From Macrostomum lignano (Eukaryota), in assembly GCA_002269645.1 (NCBI GenBank), contig NIVC01001247.1, forward strand, positions 96,928-160,927: a stretch of DNA of 64,000 nt, written 5' to 3'. Position 1 is the stretch's first letter, and each line of letters begins with the position of its first letter. Below the pieces are notes generated by a model. That model worked only from the letters and a program-made list of their open reading frames with translations, ran no database searches and was not told where the DNA came from. The position numbers and the translations under genes are program-made. This document shows positions 23,902 through 54,872 of the stretch, one piece after another.

Positions 23902-24506
23902 TATATACTGTCCGTCAAAAGTTCCAGAACCCTTGCTACGATGTCTTCTAGCGGACATACTTTCAGTCCGTTTCAATTGTAACTTGATTCAAATGAAAGC
24001 TGCGGATCTCAGCTCCATGATGTGGTCAAGAAAAAGTTTATTCGAAGGAGCGCGTGTGAACAGGCCAGTGTTATGTACATAAAGGTTAGAGAAAAAAGTG
24101 AGGAAAAGACAAACAAGCAATTGTTTTTTACTCTCCCATGAAAGCTGACTGCACAAGAATCCATAAGAGCCTGTTGATTTCAACACAAGTTTTGGCCATA
24201 GACTAATGTTAGCCAGGCTGAACACTGCGCGCAAACCGATTCCTTCCCATGTGTGTTTGCTCCATAGACTCAGCAACCATAGACAATTGCCTGTTTGTCT
24301 TTTCCTCACTTTTTTTCTCTAACCTTTATGTACATAACACTGGCCTGTTCACACGCGCTCCTTCGAATAAACTTTTTCTTGACCACATCATGGAGCTGAG
24401 ATCCGCAGCTTTCATTTGAATCAAGTTACAATTGAAACGGACTGAAATTATGTCCGCTAGAAGACATCGTAGCAAGGGTTCCGGAACTTTTGACGGACAG
24501 TATATA
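23902..24506. mobile_element. Foldback/MITE element with ~220-bp near-perfect inverted arms, TA-flanked (Tc1/mariner-like termini)
   Basis: Left arm 23902-24123 (tatatactgtccgtcaaaagttcc...aagcaattgt) is the reverse complement of right arm 24283-24506 (acaattgcc...ggaacttttgacggacagtatata). I saw three substitutions. Spacer ~160 bp. Confidence 0.85.
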
Positions 24507-24883
24507 TCCTTTTATTTATATTATATATTTTAGAGGTAATCATGCAGTTTATTCTGTATAAAGATATCGATGCATTCAAAAAAGCCAAAATCAAATGATT
24601 GATGCAAATAGCCTGTCATAAAGTTAAAAAAAGTGTCAGTCACGTGATTTTACCTGATCGTCTGCAGGTTTCTACAGACCCACAGACTCGTATGCCAGGT
24701 TGCCGCATAATACAATGCATCTGATGTTTCATGATCCTGAAAAGCTGCATGCTCGCTTCATTTCAAAATTGGAAGTCCAGAAGACGTGATTTTGACGTCT
24801 AGAATAGCTCGACCAGGACAGCTGAGCTCAAATTTTGCTATCGATTGGACGTGGCATACATCGGCTTAAGAGACAAACGAAGG

Positions 24884-24978
24884 AGCGCCCACCAAGAGAC
24901 AGGGACGCCCACCAAGAGACAGGGACGCCACCAAGAGACAGGGGCGCCTACCAAGAGACAGGGACGCCCCTAAGAGAC
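24884..24978. repeat. Short array of a 20-bp unit (cccaccaagagacagggacg), the reverse complement of the 34.6-35.4 kb array unit
   Basis: About 4-5 copies of ccaagagacaggg. Confidence 0.88.
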
Positions 24979-25620
24979 CAAATATCGGCACATCGGAGTT
25001 GCAGCCCTCCAATAAGAATTTCTGTGATAGGCCACGCCACTGCATCTTTATTTTCGCATCAATACTCAGTGGCTCACAGTTTCAATCTCGTGCCAATGTA
25101 CATTTATTTAACCATACCATCGGTAGATTCCGCGTGCTGAAAGAAAAACAAAAAAACAATCAAAGCCACAAGCTAGAGCCAGTCTCACGAAGAAGCTGCT
25201 CCACCCAACCCCACTGAGCAAAGCAGAGCTGAGCAAAGCTGATTGGCTCAAACTGTCAAAGTGTAAAACCGTCCACAGTCCACGAGAGAATAATATATAT
25301 TCAATACAAATTATTCTTTTATAATTTTCTCTCCAAATCTGCTGCAGTTAAGGGTAGAAATTCTTGCTTTTGTTTGGAATGCAATCTTCTATATCAGGTT
25401 GAAAGAAAGAGTTCATACCCATCGCACAGCGCTACAAATCATTGTCAGCAGACCCACTCGCGGCACTCGGCAATAAAAGAGAGAGAAGAGAAGACCCAAT
25501 TAAGTTTTCTTTCAGCCATCTTTCGTTGAACTTCAAATATCAAATAGCTAATACGAAATTTCTAACGGCGGTGGACGGCTTTTCGTCAGATAACTGATAA
25601 AAAAGAAGAATTTGAAGAAA

Positions 25621-34205
<8,585 letters not shown>

Positions 34206-34594
34206 TTGGCATATCAATCATAGCAGTTACGATTCTGAATGAGCGCCTCCACAATCATTGCATTGCATTCCCAAAATATTTTAACAATACGCCACTCTGT
34301 GATTAAAAATACATTATCGAGTTTAAAACATTATTTTTTTGCCAATATTTGCAAGCGACATTACTCTGTGTCCTCTCAAAACGATTGTCAGAAGTCGTTC
34401 ATAAAGGGTTTCAAAATTTTGATCTCGCTTCTCAAAAATATAAATAAAAACGTATAACGAAGCTGGATAAATGAATGGGGCTCAACCTCCTACTCCTAGG
34501 ACGGGCATGCACCTGGACACAGACCAAAGACACATGGGTAAGGCCGGGGCACCAACCAAGAGACAGGGGACCAATAAAGAGAACAATAGTCCCG

Positions 34595-35378
34595 ACTGTC
34601 TCTTGGTGGGCGTCCCTATCTCTTGGTGGGCGCCCCTGTCTCTTGGTAGGCGCCCCTCTTTCTTGGTGGGCGCCCCTGTCTCTTGGTGGGCGCCCCTGTC
34701 TCTTGGTGGGCGCCCCTGTCTCTTGGTGGGCGCCCCTCTCTTAGGTGGGCGCCCCTGTCTCTTGGTGGGCGCCCCTGTCTCTTGGTGGGCGCCCCTCTCT
34801 TAGGTGGGCGCCCCTGTCTCTTGGTGGGCGCCCCTGTCTCTTGGTGGGCGCCCCTGTCTCTTGGTGGGCGCCCCTGTCTCTTGGTGGGCGCCCCTGTCTC
34901 TTGGTGGGCGCCCCTCTCTTAGGTGGGCGCCCCTGTCTCTTGATGGGCGCCCCTCCCTCCTCTCTTAGTGGGCGCCCCAGTCTCTTACTGGGCGCTCCTG
35001 TCACTTGGGTGGCGCCCCTGTCACTTGGGTGGCGCCCCTGTCTCTTGGGTGGCGCCCCTGTCACTTGGGTGGCGCCCCTGTCACTTGGGTGGCGCCCCTG
35101 TCACTTGGGTGGCGCCCCTGTCACTTGGGTGGCGCCCCTGTCACTTGGGTGGCGCCCCTGTCACTTGGGTGGCGCCCCTGTCACTTGGGTGGCGCCCCTG
35201 TCACTTGGGTGGCGCCCCTGTCACTTGGGTGGCGCCCCTGTCACTTGGGTGGCGCCCCTGTCACTTGGGTGGCGCCCCTGTCACTTGGGTGGCGCCCCTG
35301 TCTCTTGGGTGGCGCCCCTGTCTCTTGGGTGGCGCCCCTGTCTCTGTGTGGGCGCCCCTGTCTGTTAGTGGGCGCCCC
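34595..35378. repeat. GC-rich minisatellite, 20-bp unit (gggcgcccctgtctcttggt grading to ggcgcccctgtcacttgggt)
   Basis: Direct tandem copies; an inverted partial unit at ~34550-34570. Confidence 0.96.
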
Positions 35379-36838
35379 ACCCGGTTGTCCTAGGTCGGTG
35401 GAATTGTTGAATTTGTTCAACTCGCGTCATTAGTCGAGTTTGTTAGCTTTTCATTGAGCTTTTGGAAGAGCGCAATTTTTGTGGAGCCATTTGGTGTGCA
35501 TTGCGTAAGCCACTGAGCTATGCTGTTCTACATATTCATTTATAAAAGCAATAATCAGTTTTAAAAACCCAATTCGTGTCTGAAATAAGCAAAAAAATTA
35601 TCAAGCTAAGCCCAAAAGTCCACTGCTTAAGCAAATTGCCGCTTTGCTAACTCACTTAGAAAAACAAAAAATGAAATTAATTGTACAATTTTCCCAACTC
35701 AAAGCTCGCTCTCTTTTTTTCCCTTCTCTCAGGCTGTCTGACTGCCTATTAGCAGTCTTCCCGCACCTGAGCCTGAGCAAATTGAATTCACTGGATGAGC
35801 CGCAGCTGTCCAAGGATGGCTTCCCAGTTCCTCACTTTGATCTGAGTTGACGGCAAGTCCGATTGGCTCTGATGGAGAGTTGCATGTAGCAATCGTTAAC
35901 TTACTTTTATTGCTGCTTCAATCCCTTTTGTCTAAGCCAGCTCCTGCTTCAATCCGCCTCGTAAACATCTATCTCTAGTCGAGATTGACTTCATTTGAGC
36001 GAGTTGATTCGCAGTACTTCTCGAAGTGAAAATACTTGAGTCAAAATTAACCGGTAAGTTAGTTTGGCATAACTCGCTCATTTGTTACACTTTGTCTCTA
36101 GTGATTCGATTAACTACGTGTGGCGATATTAATTTGGTAGACAGTGTGACCAACTTATGTGTACTTTTTGCATTCAAATCGGTGCTCGGCCTTCAGCCGT
36201 CTTACGTGTGACAGCGTGATAATTGAGATACAGATTCTAGCGTATACTACCTCGATGTGTCACTCCAGTATTCTCTAATGTATTTACCGGCCGTCCCTGA
36301 GGCCCTGAAAACTCAGGGTTTAGGGTCACAGACACTAGCTGCTGCTAATGTCTTGATCGAGCAGCAGAAGCTGTACAGTCTATGGTCAAAACCCCTGGGT
36401 TTTCGCGATGCCGCCAGGCAGATTGGGGTGGCCCATCTAGGTAATATAATCTGTGGTAAGAGGTTTTACACATTAGAAAGCCATAGACAACAGAAATCAA
36501 TTTGGTTTCAACTGCGAGCAGTTCGGGCCACAGCCGGAATGCATGGCTAAAGTAAAGAATGCCGCAGAGAGGACCGTATGCTAAAACCAGTCCGGTGGAC
36601 AGAAAAAGGACAGAGAATGCATGCGTGACCTGGTGGTTTGCATTTTGATTTTGGTGCAACCCTCGTTCAGCGCTACAAATGCCTCGTTCAAGAGGTGAAA
36701 AAGGTTGAGCTCCTGTCATTCATCGAGCTTCTTCCTGCTTTCCCCATGATTTGCTCCAATATTACTTCTAGTTTGTACTTTAGAACCAATAAAGTGGAAT
36801 TATCATTTAAATTTTAGAGTGTTGAAAGATTCGACAAA

Positions 36839-38595
36839 ATGCTCCGATCGTCAGTTGCCATCTGCTGTCAGCTCCTGCTAATTGTGATTCTTATCTTAGA
36901 TTTATTCTTAGCGACAAAGTCCAACGATGTCGAGTCTTTAACGCCGAGTCCAACGAAATCCCCTGACGAGTTGACGGGACAGTCAAAAAATTCGCACCTG
37001 TTGGTGGCGGCGCAGCGCTATCTGTGGGGCTACGTCGCTTCTGCTATTATTATTGTCGGTCTCCTTGGCAACGGACTGAGCATAGCCGTGCTACGCTCGC
37101 CTCGGATGGCATCTTCCACGTCTGACTACCTGGCGGCTTTGGCAGCGGCTGACATTGTCATTCTGCTACTCTTCGCCGCCTGCATGGGCCTTCCGCAGCT
37201 GTCCACCGATTATCGGCGACTAATTGACACAAAGAACTCCATCTTCATCGCCATTCTTTACCCCGTGTCGCTGTTCGCGCAAATGCTCGGCACCTACACG
37301 ACAGCCTGCTTCACCGTGGAGCGCTGCCTCTCCGTGATGCTGCCGCTGCGGTTCGGCGGTCCCCTCGGCAGCAATCGAGCTCGGGCGAGGCGGGCACTAC
37401 TAGGCGTCACCGTGTTCTGCTTGGTTTACAACGCGCCTCGAGCGCTTGAGTTCGTGCCTCTGCCGTCGATGTCAGTCAATAGTAGCGACGTATGGGGCAA
37501 CTCTACTGAAAATGAGAAGCAACAGCGCACCCTGCGAAGCAGCCTGTGGTACAATCGCATCTACGGAGGCGTCCTTTACACGCTCTTTATGTACGCTTTG
37601 CCCTTGGCCGTCATTACTACAGCCAACGCTCTGCTCATACGCGCAATCCGAGCGGCGAATAGCATCAACAACTCCAGGGCTGCTGACGCCACCGAAGGTA
37701 AGCTGGATTACATGCCAGTTAATTAGCGTGGATAATCGTTGGAGCCATATTTTGTCAGCATGAAGACTTCACCTAACGATACTGTTTGAAATGGTTTCTG
37801 AATTATCGTAATTCTCATTCTCAATCCACAGCAGAATCTCGCCAATTTCTGAACGCAGAGTCCACCGGAGCTGACCACGGCCTACAACAGCATCGCCCGT
37901 GGCACCAAGAGTGCCATCAATACGGTCTCCTCAGCTCGCGCGAGCAAAAAAAACGGCTGAAACGAGAGACAAGCATTAGCCTGATGCTAGTCACCATTGT
38001 GATGGTGTTTATCTTCTGTCAGACGTTCTGCTTTGTTGACAATCTCGTGGCTGTCATTCACGACCAACAGCAGCCGGGGCTGGCCGCGCAGCTTCTCTAC
38101 ATCGTCGCCCAATTCATGGTTGTTGTCAACTCGTCTGTTAACTTTCTACTATTCTGCTTTTTTGGAGAAAAATTTCGACGAGAGTTGAATCGAATTCTAT
38201 CAGGTCTTAGAGGGGCAGGCCGCGGCGGCGGCGGCGGCAGCGGCGGCAACGGCTGCCAAGTCGGCGGTCTCCAGCGCAACTGGACGGGGCCGGCAGCGAC
38301 AACTGCAAACGGCGCTGACAGACGATGCGGCAGTCGAAGGCGACGATACGCTGACGCGGCGTCGATGCAGCCGCAGCAAGGAACAAGGAACCTGAACTTC
38401 TTGGAAGCAGCCGCTTGCAGTAGCAATGCCATGGCCGGAACCAGCTATTGCATCGTCAGTCGCGGCGTCGGAGAAGGCGACTGCATCGCAATGAGCACGC
38501 TGAGAAGCCCAAACGGACTTTTACTTGTACCGTGTGCCTCAACAAACACAAACACTTCAACTGTGAGTGTTTCCGCTGGCACAAGTGGTCAGTAG
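36839..38595 (+). CDS. Class A neuropeptide GPCR, FMRFamide-receptor-like, 540 aa
   Basis: Exons 36839..37697 and 37832..38595 (GAAG|gtaagc, ccacag|CA, phase 1). Seven TMs with GLLGNGLSIAVL, LAALAAAD, FTVERCLSV, YNAPRALE, LPLAVITTANALLI, VFIFCQ, VVVNSSVNFLLFCFFGEKFRRE. An extra N-terminal hydrophobic segment resembles a signal peptide. Confidence 0.92.
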
Positions 38596-39040
38596 TCAAC
38601 ATCAACACGTTGTTAAAAATTTTAAGGATTTTTGAAAACTAATTACAAACAGTTGGTGTTGTTACTAACACGGTAAATTGATTTTTTTGGCGTGTCACAG
38701 CTGTAGTTTTTCTTGAGCTTATCTTACCTGTATAATTGAATCAATGGAATATCAAACACTGTACCGGTATGCCTCTAAATATTTATTCAGTCAAAATCCG
38801 CTTTAATATCTCGTAAAAGTTTAAGAGATTAAATTGTTTAAATGTTTTAGGTTTAAAAATATTTGGTAAAAAGAGCATAATGGCTCTGCACACGCAAATT
38901 ATGTGAAAGTAAGTAAAACGATGTATGTTATGGTACTCACAATAAAAATACTGACCTCATTTGATGCGAACGAGTCATTTCATCGTTGCATTTCTGGATA
39001 GCGAAGGTCGGTACCTTATAAATAAAGTCATCGTTACTCA

Positions 39041-39174
39041 CACTCCTGTGTGAGTGTGTGCCTGTGCGTATGACTGCGTACGTATCCGCGCGCTTGTGTG
39101 CCTGCTCAGGGTAGTCGGCGGAATGGGCAGCAATGCCTCTCGATGGTTGTGCGAAAATGTCGCTTAAAGTGCGC
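39041..39174 (+). repeat. Dispersed ~135-bp repeat, copy 1
   Basis: cactcctgtgtgagtgtg...gcttgtgtgcctgctcaggg...ggaatgggcagca.tgcctctcg...aatgtcgcttaaagtgcgc matches the reverse complement of 63589-63720. Confidence 0.8.
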
Positions 39175-39989
39175 CGGGGTGCACACAGCCCCAGCCTCTG
39201 ATAAAAAATCTGGTGGGTACAGCTAGAATAACACTCTCGTAAATAGCCAGATTTGCCTGCCGAATCTTTTCTTTATGTCTTTATTATCTTTATCTTATTT
39301 TTTTGCAAGGACCAAGCTGGATTAGCCAAGAAATATAGAAATACGTTGTAAATTTTAATCATATCAATAATATTAAATGACTTCTTCAACGGATTTTAGT
39401 CAGGGTAAAATCAGCTTATTCGTATTGGAAATCTATTGATATCATAATTGCTTGAAACTTGCTTCTCCAAATCTCTTCTAATCTTCTGTTGAGTTTCTAA
39501 TGCTTCTGCCTTTGACTTCAGAAGCCGGAAAACATTTTAATACCATATCAATTCGTCACCGCGCAGTTCCTGCCTATTTAGTCGCTGAAGCAAAGCCTTG
39601 ATCCAATTTAATCTAGTTAATTAAGATTGTTAGAGGCAATGATTTTAATGCAATATCGTTTATTAAAATACGCCCCCGCCTTATCGACTAAGATCGAATA
39701 AAGCCGGCCGTTAATTTTTCTCAGGTAAAGTATAGCTGGCTTGATGAAATGGTCAGTAAATAAAAGTTCATAATCAACATTTTAAACAGTCTGTATTTTA
39801 TTCAGATGAATTTCTGATTTCTGAAAACTAAACAAAACCAGTTACATCTGCTACTCTGTCTCCTCACCAGACCAAGGCTTTGTGACGCAAATTGCATTGA
39901 AAGTTTACAATGTTGCTGAGTACAGATGTGCATAACCGACAGCTCAGCCGCAGCTATTGGCGGCGCATCTGAAGGCTGCGTAAGGCTGC

Positions 39990-40193
39990 TCAGTCCAAGG
40001 ACTGGGGGGGGGGGTCGCCACACACCCGGCCTCAATTATCCCAGCTAATGCTGGCCCCCATTTTACAGCTGGGTGAATTGAAGCAGTGCAAAGTTAAGTG
40101 TCTTGCTCAAGGACACAAATTGTTCCGAGTGATTCAAGAATCGAACCCCCGACCTTTAAGTCGTGACTCCGACGCCACTAGGCTACAACCCCC
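39990..40193 (-). mobile_element. tRNA-derived SINE with a CORE/Meta-like central domain
   Basis: Minus strand: A box TAGCCTAGTGG and B box GGTTCGATTC, then gtgtccttgagcaagacacttaact...cacccagctgtaaaatggg. The latter resembles the conserved central domains of CORE/Meta-type SINEs as I recall them. The 3' boundary is uncertain. Confidence 0.7.
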
Positions 40194-40961
40194 TACTATA
40201 TTTACTCATACATTTCTCATGAATGAAATATATGTCACATATCCCATGTCTCATATGTCTCATGAATATGTCTCATATATTTACTCAATATTATTTTGTT
40301 GCAATAAATTAGCCCTGACGATGTCCAGCCATTGAAACATAAGAATTTATTTAGCTATAGACAAGGTTGTCACCCCCAGGACGTAAGTCTCCTTATAGTA
40401 AAGTCTGTATATTTCATGTTATTAGTCAATTTTTGTTACATTTTAGATTTGGCATTATAGAAATAACTCAATAGCTTGTAAAACTGAGTGGTGCCCCACT
40501 CGCAGAAACTTCAAATTTCCCTGGAGACCGGGGCTTTTCGCTACAGACTGCACTGGCGTGACAGGAAGTTTCTAGTTTTTTTTCAGGACTGAATTCACAA
40601 TGCTTCACCTTCTGGACTTGCAAATAGCAAGTGAAGCAAGCATGCAGTAGATGCACGCACTAGTTTATCAAGCTATAGTTTTTCATGGAATTCTATTATG
40701 GGTAGGCTGCCTGGGTTGAAACGCGATTGAAACGCTCTACATTTGTCCGCCGTCACTGTCTATGGTTGAAGCATATTTCAATTATATTCAATTCATCACT
40801 TATAGCCACTGTATATTTCACTGCCAACAAACACAAGACCAAACACAACAGGAATGAAACACGAAGTAAACGAAATAATTCAGTAAATAACGCTTGGAAG
40901 CTCAAAATGATATGTGGCTGGAGAGTTCATCAATAGTTACCTCAAAAGTTACATCTGTCAG

Positions 40962-41369
40962 TTAGCGTGGTGTAATGTTGAATGTGCAATTCTCAAATTT
41001 GCAGTTCTCAAAAACGCTCGCCTGGTTGGCACCAATCGATACGCCCTGGTTAGCTACAATTGACCCAGGCATGCCCAACGCAGTCGTATTTTGTGACAGT
41101 ACGATGCATCCAGCAGTCGAACTTGTTCCCGCGTTGCTGGCGCTCTGACCAGCCGATGCCAGGGTTTGTTCCGCAGTGCCAGAGAGTCGCCCACTGATTG
41201 CTCGGGATAGGTTGACTTTTTTGTTTAGTTTTGTTTTTGTAGGTCCCTCCGCAGGTAGGTTTACCGCCATTCCTGAAATACGGGAAGCTTGATAGGCCAC
41301 TACCGCGGTCACACAAAGAACACTTCGGGCAGAGTGCACCAAACAGTCCGTCATAAGAGACCGCGGCAC
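40962..41369 (-). other. GC-rich island with coding potential, two overlapping open frames, unassigned
   Basis: A 135-aa frame ends SVFENCKFENCTFNITPR*. An overlapping Cys/Trp-rich frame ends CWMHRTVTKYDCVGHAWVNCS*. No family recognised with confidence. Confidence 0.3.
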
Positions 41370-41824
41370 CTTACAGAACGCACTGAAAGTTGGAGAACTT
41401 ATTCTAAAATTATTATCAGTCGATGAAGTACGAATTAATATTGAACCACTAATATAATCCCCCGGGTTAGGATTACAAAATTTCTAATAAGTTGCCAAAA
41501 AAGGGTTGCTCGCGAAAGGCTTTAGTCTCTGCTATAAAATTTCATCATTCCCTCTTAGAGGTAGGAATTAGTCGAAAATCTGAGAAAATTCCTTAGAAAT
41601 TTGACTTCTACAGCCCCGCGTGATTGCATGGCGTGGGCGCTGCTTGCGTGTTTGAGCAGTTTCTTCTCTGCCTAATTATATGAATTATTACCGGTATTCT
41701 TTATGCAGACATTGTTATCGTACAGTGTATAATCATTACCTTTATTGCAACACACTGCTTATGATTCAGTGCCCGACTAATGTCCTTTTTACTTACTAAA
41801 TGTATACTGTAGCTTGCAGAAGAC

Positions 41825-42315
41825 CATTTTGAGGGGGCGTTCTATCATTTTGAGGGATGTCCTATTGTTTTGAGGGATGTCTATCGTTTTGAGGGCTCAC
41901 CTATCATTTTGAGAGATGCCCTATCATTTTGAGGGCTCACCTATCATTTTGAGGGATGTCCTATCATTTTGAGGGATGTCCTATCATTTATAAGGATGTC
42001 CTATCATTTATAAGGATGTCCTATTATTTTGAGGGATGTCCTATCATTTTGAGGGATGTCCTATCATTTTGAAGGGTGTCCTATCATTTTGAGGGATGTC
42101 CTATCGTTTTGAGGGATGTCCTATCGTTTTGAGGGATGTCCTATCGTTTTGAGGGATTTCCTATCGTTTTTAGGGATGTCCTATCATTTATAAGGATGTC
42201 TTATCATTTTGAAGGATGTCCTATCATTTTGAGGGATGTCCTATCGTTTTGAGGGATGTACCATCATTTATAAGGATGTCCTATCATTTTGAGGGTTGTG
42301 ATTATTTTGAGGGCA
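41825..42315. repeat. Minisatellite, 20-bp unit (ctatcattttgagggatgtc)
   Basis: Period 20. Confidence 0.95.
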
Positions 42316-42789
42316 CCAGGGGTGCCAGTACCCGGAAGCGCTCTGTTTAGTTTTTTATGGTTTTTGGCCATAAAATTGTTGCGTAAGCTTTCTTAGTTTT
42401 ATGAAAAAAATTAAAACTCAATAATTCGACTTTTTATAACTCGAATCTGTCTTCGATGGGTATATTTTTTATTTCAAGATACAACAGCGCAGCAGACTGG
42501 ATCGGTAACCGAACCCAGAAGAGTTGAAGTACATTTTTGTAGTACATCCGCCCATGTACGCTTAGAGCCTTGCAATGGGAGTTACATGTATTTAGAAATA
42601 TGGAACACGGAAATAATAATGTATGAATACTTTAAATATATTTTCGGATTCCCGACCAATGTGGATAGAGCTTTTGAAGGGCTCTTTGCAGCAAGGTACA
42701 CGTGGGATTAGTTGAGTTAAAGTTGAGATGAGAAGAGAGTTAAATTATTGATACATGTAGTGGTCGTTGGCCAGTGTGGAATTGGAGTA

Positions 42790-43200
42790 GAATTTGATGG
42801 GGTCTTGACTAGCGGGAGAGTGGGGTGCCTAATGAAGTGTTAAAGGAATTTGATGGGGTCTTGACTAGCGAGAGAGTGGGGTGCCTAATGAAGTGTTAAA
42901 GGAATTTGATGGGGTCTTGACTAGCGAGAGAGTGGGGTGCCTAATGAAGTGTTAAAGGAATTTGATGGGGTCTTGACTAGCGGGAGAGTGGGGTGCCTAA
43001 TGAAGTGTTAAAGGAATTTGATGGGGTCTTGACTAGCGGGAGAGTGGGGTGCCTAATGAAGTGTTAAAGGAATTTGATTGGGTCTTGACTAGCGGGAGAG
43101 TGGGGTGCCTAATGAAGTGTTAAAGGAATTTGATTGGGTCTTGACTAGCGGGAGAGTGGGGTGCCTAATGAAGTGTTAAAAGTTTTGATGGGGTCCTGAC
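42790..43200. repeat. Minisatellite, 56-bp unit (ggaatttgatggggtcttgactagcgggagagtggggtgcctaatgaagtgttaaa), ~7 copies
   Basis: Period 56 (42845 and 42901). Confidence 0.95.
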
Positions 43201-43471
43201 TAGCTGGGAATAGAGTACAGGCATACAGAAGGAAGGTAAATGGCCCTATAGATCAACAAGGAAGTTTAGTGCGCAGATGTGCACACAACTGATGCATCAT
43301 CCTCAATACAGGGATTTAAACAAGTATCATTAACTTTAAATGAGTTAATTTGCTATTTTTATAGCACAGATAAAGCGACATAAAAAGCACAAGGCATAAA
43401 CTAGATTCATAATTGAAAAAAACCCATTGAGAAGAACAATCAACGATTCACTCGCTATGTCTGTCTGTCAG

Positions 43472-54399
<10,928 letters not shown>

Positions 54400-54825
54400 G
54401 ACCAATAAGCAAGGTGGGGACAAGCTGAGCAGATCAAGCCTTCAAAGACGGCAGAGCTATCCGACACTTGGCAGTTCCGGTTACGAGCCTTAGCTGTTGC
54501 CTCCTCGGCTGCAGAAATGTAGCCAATTTCTGTCCAAATGTTTCTGACTGCAGCTGCAACTGCCGGCTGGGATTTGTGCGGGGAAATTAAACGCCGAGTG
54601 GGTTGGCTGGGGGGGGGGGGTTGGGTGCAGAGGGCGGGCGGGTACTCAAGCTGCTCACAACGGAAAATCAGGGGGCCCCGCTGCAACCCTAAACGCGTTC
54701 AGTCAGAGGGGGAAGGGAGAAGAGAGAGAGTAGAGGGAGAGCAAACAGATTGAAGGATTAAGATTCGTTGGGTCGGCAGCCGCACTGGTTAGTGAAGTTC
54801 TGCTAAAGAGAGTCGAAGCGAGAGA

Positions 54826-54826
54826 C

Positions 54827-54871
<45 letters not shown>

Positions 54872-54872
54872 A
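54826..54872. repeat. (GA)n microsatellite upstream of the RBMS-like start
   Basis: Direct reading. Confidence 0.9.

Noticed and set aside
34471-35433. WAPLSLGGRP repeat ORFs
   Set aside because: 20-bp GC-rich minisatellite read in rotating frames.
40130-40193. tRNA gene
   Set aside because: It has A and B boxes, but the spacing is short, I see no acceptor stem or cloverleaf, and it continues into a SINE-like body.
41229-41260. 12-nt plus-strand micro-exon (tttttgtag|GTCCCTCCGCAG|gtaggt)
   Set aside because: No plus-strand host gene spans this position in my reconstruction; probably chance.
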